In this document: positions 55,713 through 64,000 of the stretch, one piece after another
Position numbering within the stretch: position 1 is the first letter of the stretch
How the letters are laid out: every line of letters begins with the position of its first letter
Assembly (NCBI RefSeq): GCF_006345805.1
Contig: NC_042997.1
Coordinates: 144,026,001 to 144,090,000, forward strand
From: Octopus sinensis
Lineage: Eukaryota
Reading direction: 5' to 3'
DNA length: 64,000 bases
Made by a program: the position numbers and the translations under genes
The notes under the pieces: model-generated
The model's input: the letters and a program-made list of their open reading frames with translations, nothing else
Told to the model about the DNA's origin: nothing
Databases searched by the model: none

Positions 55713-55725
55713 TGTGTGTGTGTGT
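51390..55725. repeat. Tandem duplication, period about 2.13-2.16 kb, breakpoints in (GT)n arrays
   Basis: About 51415-53490 versus 53574-55620. Visible differences are a 10-bp TTTTGGTACT duplication and the (TA)n length. Confidence 0.93.
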
Positions 55726-55769
55726 ACTTGCTGTTATTTCTGTCTGAAACCGTCATATATATAAGATGC

Positions 55770-55806
<37 letters not shown>

Positions 55807-56091
55807 AACAACAACAGCAACAATATTCATAAAAATAATAACAATGACAATGAACTGTAATAACAATAATAATAAAGCGCATGTTTTTTTGTTATTTATC
55901 GTGGTTTCTGCTCGTTTCTTTTCCCATTTTTTTTTGTTCTGTTATACGTATAGATTCTGCGTTTGACTAATGTTGATTGGATGGTATGGTAAATAAAAAA
56001 GACATTATTAATTCTTCTCTTGCTATCATCATCATCATCATCATCATCATCATCGCCATCGGTGTCGTCGTTATCATTATCTTCATTATTG

Positions 56092-56508
56092 TTGAGTGAC
56101 AGAGCAGCACATACCATCAAGGTGACACTGGGGTACAAATATACGAAGCCCAATATAGCCATCACGACTTCCCGTCTGATAAGGGTACACCAGGCACATG
56201 CATCACAACCATATGTGCGCGACATGGTGATCTCATATCAAGATAAACAGTGCATGATCTTGCAGGTGGGGCCCGGTTAGAATTTTCTTCAGTTCGCGTA
56301 GCCCATCCCGCTCAAAAGATCCCTGAATAAGGGTTGTTTAAGGATGATGAATGAAACACTCATGTTTCCAGAGGTGAATTATTGAAACCCCAAAGAATTC
56401 ATCTCAACACATGGCTATGATGCTCCCCCACTACTTCTGCTAGTGATTTGCGATGCAAATATCGTCAGCTACTAAGGGACGTGCTCAACTGGTTAAGGTC
56501 AAGCAACT
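56092..56508 (-). mobile_element. Family H retroposon
   Basis: Homologous to 184-715. Confidence 0.8.
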
Positions 56509-56524
56509 TATTATTATTATTATT

Positions 56525-56763
56525 GATATGATTCGAGTTCGTTCTTATTCCTGGTAGAATTTAAGTGAGTAGCTAGTTACTACCTATAACCTTAGGTATC
56601 CACAAGCTTTCAATAGTCTTTCAAGTGCTTAAAACCCTTCTGATAATCTTTTCTGTTTCTAAGAGGCAAACTTTCTCTAGAAACTCAACAGGACATTCTA
56701 TTCTAATCTCCTTCAAGCATTTATCTATATTTTTTACTCACCATGTACCAATTATTACAAGCA

Positions 56764-56765
<2 letters not shown>
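56525..56765 (-). mobile_element. Family E RLE 3' fragment
   Basis: Homologous to 63676-63951 and flanked by ATT arrays. Confidence 0.7.
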
Positions 56766-56796
<31 letters not shown>

Positions 56797-56799
56797 TTT

Positions 56800-56885
56800 T
56801 TTTTTCTTCTTTCAAATTTGCTTCCATTTCTTGCCGAGTGTCTTCCCGACTCCTAGGGCAAAGAAACTCATAGTATATATTGGTA
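56800..56885 (-). mobile_element. Retroposon 3' terminus, family F
   Basis: Homologous to 57272-57385. Both end in (TAA)n on the minus strand. Confidence 0.5.
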
Positions 56886-56952
56886 GGCCATTAAACCAAA
56901 CTCAGTAGTTCGTTCATTTTTTTTTTTTAAAGTTAAATTATTATTATTATTA

Positions 56953-56997
<45 letters not shown>

Positions 56998-57012
56998 CAT
57001 TATTATTATTAT

Positions 57013-57225
57013 GGCGGCGAGCTGGCAGAAACGTTAGCACGCCGGGCGAAATGCTTAGCGGTATTTCGTCTGCCGCTACGTTCTGAGTTCGAATTCCGCC
57101 GAGGTCGACTTTGCCTTTCATCCTTTCGGGGTCGATAAATTAAACTCCAGTGAAATACTGGGGTCAATGTTATCGACTACTCCCCTCCCCACAAATATGA
57201 GGCACTGTGTATCCAGTAGAAAGGA

Positions 57226-57227
<2 letters not shown>
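57013..57227 (+). mobile_element. S1 SINE
   Basis: Near-intact S1 inserted between ATT arrays. Confidence 0.9.
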
Positions 57228-57271
<44 letters not shown>

Positions 57272-57273
<2 letters not shown>

Positions 57274-57385
57274 CTTCTTTCTTCAAATTTTCTTCCGTTT
57301 CTCGCCGAGTGTTTTCCGTACACCTAAGGCAGAGAAGCTCATTGTATGCATTCCCAGATTACACGCGCAAATTCACAGGTAAAAT
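57272..57385 (-). mobile_element. Retroposon 3' terminus, family F
   Basis: See 56800-56885. Confidence 0.5.
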
Positions 57386-57487
57386 ATGTATTCAAAAATT
57401 AATAAATAAATAAATTCATGAATAGATGTTGTTGACATGAGTCGTTCCAGTTAATACGATTTTTTGCACTTCCTGTAGGGATGGTGA

Positions 57488-57531
<44 letters not shown>

Positions 57532-57535
<4 letters not shown>

Positions 57536-57862
57536 TAGTTTTATTTTTATAGCGTGCTTTCACTTCACTACCGAGCGCAGCTCTGTGTGCCTTGGGTATG
57601 TGCTGTGATTTGTTGTGATGCTCTGATGGTTATTGTATGGAAAGTGTTCTGCGTAGGATGTGTGCAGTGCCTAGTAGTGCAATTTTCTGTATGTTATATG
57701 TGTTTGTAAGTCCTGGTGTTTTTGTTATGTATTTGTCTGAATATTTTTTTATCATGCCTAATGCACCTACTATGATAGGAATTGTTTCTGTTTTCAGGTT
57801 CCACATTCTAGTTACCTCTATTTCCAGGTCTTTGTATTTTGAGAGTTTCTCCATTTCTTTTA
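57532..57862 (-). mobile_element. Family A 3' fragment (RLE C-terminus + UTR)
   Basis: KEMEKLSKYKDLEIEVTRMW...LRRTLSIQ*. Near-identical to 43046-43375, with ATT arrays on both sides. Confidence 0.92.
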
Positions 57863-57970
57863 TTATTATTATTATTATTATTAATATTATTATTATTATT
57901 ATTATTATTATTATCATTATTATTATTATTATTATTATCATTATAATTATTATTATTATTATTATTATTA

Positions 57971-58004
<34 letters not shown>

Positions 58005-58419
58005 GCATTCATTCTGTTGAAAATACTGTAATCAACACAACAAAAGAAACATCAGCCACCTTGGATTTCTTTCTTATTTCTATCATGTTTGTCTGGCCGA
58101 ACATATAAATTTCATATAGAAATAAGATTAAAAGCTAACCAGAAAAACAATTAAGGGAGAAAGTATAAAAGAAATAAAGGACTTGAAACGGAGAAGAAAA
58201 TTAACAATAAAACAAAAGTACATAAGCGAAAAGAATATGGAAAATAAATTTTAAGAAAAGGTTTCTTTCAAAGGAATCTGTTTCGAAATATAGTGTAATT
58301 GAAACATACTTATATGAGATAAAATTGGAGGACTGTGATAGAAACTTGACTGATTCTGTCACAAAAAACTGCTGTTTATATTTCCTTACGTTTGTCTCCA
58401 TGAGTACTTACATATATAT

Positions 58420-58489
<70 letters not shown>

Positions 58490-58863
58490 TATAAAACGGA
58501 CGATGCCACAAGAATATAAATACAAAAGACAATAATAGTAATAACAGGACAAAAACAGCGGGTGTCTTACGACTTTAGACAGTTCAACTTTATATATATA
58601 ATACGTATATATTCGTGTGGCATCGTCCGTTTTTCTGTTCTTGTTTCGTATACATTCGATCCTTTTCCCAAGAAATCTAATGCTCGTAGCTTAGTTTTTC
58701 CTTGGGGCTGGCCGGATCGGAGCGATCTCAAGATTAATCAGCCAAAATTGCGAGGATGATCCGGTTCTTGACTGAAGATTAGAGGCTTCGAATGACCCGT
58801 CCTTTTTTTTGTGTCGTCTATTTGAGTGTTTTGCGTTCTTGTCCCATTTTGTATTTTTATATA

Positions 58864-58943
<80 letters not shown>

Positions 58944-58957
58944 TGTATGTATGTATG

Positions 58958-59035
<78 letters not shown>

Positions 59036-59073
59036 ATATATATATATATATATACACACACACATATATATAT

Positions 59074-59156
<83 letters not shown>

Positions 59157-59163
59157 ATATATA

Positions 59164-59212
<49 letters not shown>

Positions 59213-59869
59213 TATACAGAGAGAAAGGGGGGAGAGAGTGTGTGTTCACGGTGGGAGAGGGAAATATCTACTGCATAAGCAAACAGTATGGACCTGTTTA
59301 CATTCAGAATCTAAATGTAGAAGTATCGAGAAATATGTAAATAAGTCATTTAGGCGCAAAGCTACTCGTAGGTCTCGAGCAGCGAATCTCCAGTAACCAT
59401 GACAACCAGTGCTACACCGTTAAACAGTGCATTTTTGGTTCTGAGTTCGCAAGATTGCATTCGATGTGAATGCTTTGAAAAACAGTAGTAGAAAGTCATC
59501 AGCAGAATGGATATCAAATTATGATTTCACATATACTACGGACAGTTTCAGCGGTATGGAGTGTGGACATTTCCCTACATTTTTCTCCCATGCGTCTCCC
59601 ATGGGGCACAACAGTTCTTGTTTTGCAATTAATTTGTAGAATGGTTGTATACAGTCTAAAGTTGTGCGTACCGGGATCCATATCAGTCATAAGTCTCCGG
59701 TTGTGGTCTGTACTTTACTGTGTAGGCATAAGCGCATAGTTGAGCTTCTATCTTCATTATCACTCTGTTGCAGCTTGTTTATGTATGCTTCCTTTCTCCT
59801 GACAACTTTCACCTCCTCGATCGCATCAAGTCATGTCCTTATGTAACATGCTCAAAACCAAATTTCTTA

Positions 59870-59998
59870 GGAAATCCTTTTAGCTTCTCGAAAGCAAATA
59901 ATCTACACGCTCAATTCAAGTGGTCCTGGTTCATTTTTGACATTACTCTGACTATGGCGGCTTTCAAAGAATCTTTGATGTTATGGGCATGTTCATTG

Positions 59999-60046
<48 letters not shown>

Positions 60047-60310
60047 AACGCTCCACATGTAATAGTCCAATGGATTGAGATCTGGGGGATTAGATCTCAA
60101 ACCAACGACTTTAGAAGAACTTGAAGGGCGAATACAAGAAGTTATGTCTTCCATCCCACAAGAGTTCCTGATAAAATCAGTTGATGCGGTTCCCAGGTGG
60201 CTTGAGAAGCTGGTGGCGAATGTTGGTGCCTATATCAATTATTTTAAAAAGTTATAAATAATAAATAAATTATACGTATTTTGAAATAGGGAGTTGCTTT
60301 TCAATCACCC
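59870..60310. mobile_element. Two divergently oriented Tc1/mariner transposase C-terminal fragments
   Basis: Minus: SPDLNPLDYYMWSVVE (59870-60090). Plus: KPTTLEELEGRIQEVMSSIP...LEKLVANVGAYI, then a TIR-like CTTTTCAATCACCC. Confidence 0.7.
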
Positions 60311-60388
60311 AGATAGATAGATAGATACACACATGCATACATACATACATTCATACATGCATGCATACATACATATATATATATATAA

Positions 60389-60615
60389 AGGCGGCGAGCT
60401 GGTAGAAACGTTAGCACGCCGGGCGAAATTCGTAGTCGTATTTCGTCTGTCGTTACGTTCCGAGTTCAAATTCCGCCGAGGTCGACTTTGCCTTTCATCC
60501 TTTCGGGGTCGCTAAATTAAGTACCAGTTACGCACTGGGGTCGATGTAGTCGACTTAATCCCTTTGTCTGTCCTTGTTTGTCCCCTCTGTGTTTAGCCCC
60601 TTGTGGGTAGTAAAG

Positions 60616-60620
<5 letters not shown>
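60389..60620 (+). mobile_element. S1 SINE
   Basis: Complete S1. Confidence 0.9.
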
Positions 60621-60674
<54 letters not shown>

Positions 60675-60712
60675 CATACATACATACATACACACACACG
60701 CACACACACACG

Positions 60713-60775
<63 letters not shown>

Positions 60776-61048
60776 GTATATATTGATATTTATTACCAAA
60801 CTAACGTGGCAGTCCATAGAAATAGTACGAATGCTGCTGTTAATTAGTTTCGAAAGGCAATCGCCTCTAGCTAGATATATGAGGCACGAACCTGCGTCCG
60901 TAAACCTTCGAACAGGGAAGGTCATCAACTTCCTTTTGATGGCTTGGCATCAGCAGATCGGTTTCTGAGTAGTTGTCCCTTATCAATGTGAACCAGCGGT
61001 CGCATACACACACACACACACACACGCACGCACACACACACACACACA

Positions 61049-61182
<134 letters not shown>

Positions 61183-63629
61183 TTGTTCATCTGCAAAACA
61201 CGTACCGAAATAGTGATGATTACACGGAATATTTAATTTGTATATAATTTATCTCTATGCTTTATAAGTATAATTATTTCATATTCTATATTAGAATCTT
61301 TAAGAAAGTATATACAAATTACCTTCCAAAAAAACTTAATCGCTAAAGACACCTATTTTCTCACGCCTACTGGTGTGCTTTTTGTTGCCGTTTTCCGGCC
61401 GTCATTCGCAATCGAGAATGACTTGGTAACATCTCGAATTATAAGCATCAAGTAGTTTGCTAGCAACATAATTCGTAAGATGGAGGTTATGGGTAACGGA
61501 CATATTAAATTACCTTCTTTGATTTAGAATAAACTTACCAATGTCACAGCGCCAGACAGATCAAGAAGTCGTCAAGTTTAAATGTATGCTTGTATAGTGT
61601 ATAAATAGAAATGAAATTTACTACTTAATATTTACTACTATAATTACAAAAAATGGTGGTAATGGAAGGTAGTATGAAAAAAGTTAACACAGGGAAGATA
61701 TTTGAAAATAACTAAATGAAGAAAGGACGTGGATGGAAAATAACTAAATGAAGGAAGGACTCTATTGGATGTTTATAATATAATATTACCCGCCTCTATA
61801 GTCAGTTTAGAGTAAAACTAAATTTAATTAAATATATTGCAATAGTTCAGGATTAGGATACAGACTAGTTAAGACACAAGTACTTGGTATGTTACATAAG
61901 AGATAACTTAAATAGGGTCGGAGATTTTATAAGAGGACACAAGCATTGATGGGAGCTGGATCTAGCTGAGTTTTTACATAAAATGTTTATGTGGAAATTT
62001 TTAGAAAGTTTTATTAAATAAGTATCAACAACAGATTAGTAACTCGTTATGCTAATTAAATTAGATCTACAATCGGATTTCCAGTGCCTCTACCAAGCGC
62101 AAATTACAGCTACCAACAATACACCTCCAACAATAGACCGAGAAACTGAATAGTCTATATTTCTCCCTTTGATGTCACAGATGAACTTAGCCAGCAAAAT
62201 GTTGCCTTGGTTTTTTTTTTTTTTGTCTTTAAAACAGTAAAATGTTATGTAATCTGATCTTGAGTTTCAATCCTACCGGCCTTGATCTGGTTGAACATCG
62301 AGGATATGACGGAAGAGGGGACTCTCATACATTAAAGAACATACAAAACAAATTTGAGAAAAAAAATTGTAGTGAATACATTAATATTTAAATGGTATTC
62401 ATTTCAGCTCAGTAGAGTGAAGGATTGTAAAACATAGTACCATGCTCAAGGACACATGCTGCGTGAACGAGTAATCAAACCCACAACCTTATGTTAATGA
62501 GTCCAATACTTTAAACATTTGGCCACTGTACAATGTTGCATATTTACTGAATGATATACATCCTATTAATTCAGGGAAACAGAGGCTGTTTAGTTGCAGT
62601 GAGAGGAGTACAGACAAAGAAGAGGAAAACAACATCTGTGAGATAGTGATTTTTGTTGTTGTTTTACCACATGTAAAAGTTGATTGAGCAGATGTCTATC
62701 ATCAATGGTACTACAGCTGTAAAAATCTCGGGCTATACTGTCCTTCCTTTTTCGAGACTACAGAGTGTAGTTTCGAAGATATTTGTCACTATTTTTAACA
62801 AGCTAAGTGACTACGTTGAGATTTTCTCGTTGACTTATATGGATTAATGATTACAGCGTATTAGTGAATGTGTCTTTTTAAGTAAAGAACAAACATAACA
62901 GAAGGGAGCGCGAAAAAAATTAATGAACGTTTATGTATATGCTAAAAAGTCTGCATTTATCGTTGATGGTATTTTGTACTGGGTCAGCCTCAGTGGAAGA
63001 GCATATCAGAATAGTCCAGCCACAACTTTTTTCAGGCAGAGTGTTATCTGTTACTATGTTAATAAATGCTTTGCCTTTTCTCTTTTTTTAAGACGGCTGT
63101 TTGAATAGAGAAATAGTTGACTGCTATTTCTAGTAGTTTGAGCAGCCGTGCATGTAATCCCCGTTAGCTCTGCGAGAATTCTAGTTAAAATGGTGTCATT
63201 TAATACAAGTAGAAACAACTGCCACTTCTAAAACCCCACGAGGAAAGAAATCCTTCGGATACTCTGTATCTGCTAAACACAACTAACTTAGGCAAATCAA
63301 AGAATACCGAATTAGTGACAGAACAGCTCGAAGCTAAAACGGAAATTCGATTCCTATATGGAATTAACTATGTTTGAATTTCAGTGCATACTTTACAAAA
63401 TGACAGCTGGAAGTGACCTAGGAACAATGAAAGTGGAATGCTTGAATTCCGTTCTAAACATTAACGATAATCGAATTTAGCTTTAATTCTATTGTATACA
63501 TGATAAGAAAATCACATTTAGTTTCTTCCTTATCCTAAAGACAGTCGTAAAGTGGATGCACGCTTTTGGATGTGTGTAGCATGGGAATGAGAGAAGATAG
63601 AAAAAGAGATTGTATATACATAAGAATTC

Positions 63630-63675
<46 letters not shown>

Positions 63676-63951
63676 TTGGTTTTGCTCAGGTTCGGTCTTA
63701 TTCCTGGTAGGAATTATGTGGATATTACCTGTAACCTTAGGTATCCGCAAGTTTTCAGCAGACTTTCAAATACTTAGAACCCTGCTGATAATCCTTGCTG
63801 TCCCCAAGAAACAAACTTTCTGTGGGAGCCCTACTGAGCATTCTGTTTCAATCTCCTTCAGCAATTTGTCTATATCATGGCTTACTGTTCCCAACGCACC
63901 AATTAATATAAGCACGACCTTTACTGTTGCTCCAAATTCTTACTATTTCAG
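63676..63951 (-). mobile_element. Family E RLE 3' fragment
   Basis: VKVVLILIGALGTV...QKVCFLGTARIISRVLSI* plus a UTR and a (TAA)n tail. Confidence 0.8.
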
Positions 63952-64000
63952 TATTATCATTATTATTATTGTTGTTGTTGTTATTATTATTATCGTCATC

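Noticed and set aside
58772-58802. CTGAAGA...TTCGAAT hammerhead-like motif
   Set aside because: GAAT replaces GAAA, and there is no convincing stem I or II in either copy.
62923-63108. Weak resemblance to an ionotropic-receptor pore segment (W..L.G...SP.T.SGR.L)
   Set aside because: It needs a frameshift, similarity is marginal and there are no supporting exons.

Overview
Eukaryotic, AT-rich, microsatellite-saturated non-genic or intronic DNA. The SINE and microsatellite content is most consistent with an octopod cephalopod (inference from recall, not a database hit). No intact host gene was recognised, and nearly all ORFs in the supplied track are translations of (TA)n, (CA)n, (TATG)n, (TATC)n or (ATT)n repeats. 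The window is a retrotransposon graveyard. It holds at least six families of RLE-encoding (R4/Dong-like) non-LTR elements and an orphan non-coding retroposon, most of them nested in (TAA)n arrays in a fixed orientation. Other elements are RTE-, CR1-, Tx1/L1- and CRE-like fragments, a Gypsy LTR remnant, Tc1/mariner and hAT remnants, MITEs, about 20 tRNA-derived SINE copies, long palindromes and two microsatellite-bounded tandem duplications. The most interesting signals are (i) a two-copy composite element made of a tRNA-like Pol III head, a trinucleotide array and a minimal Penelope-type hammerhead ribozyme, (ii) a second hammerhead-like motif in a 696-bp tandem duplication, and (iii) the apparent (TAA)n-targeting retroelement community with TTA microhomology at 5' junctions.
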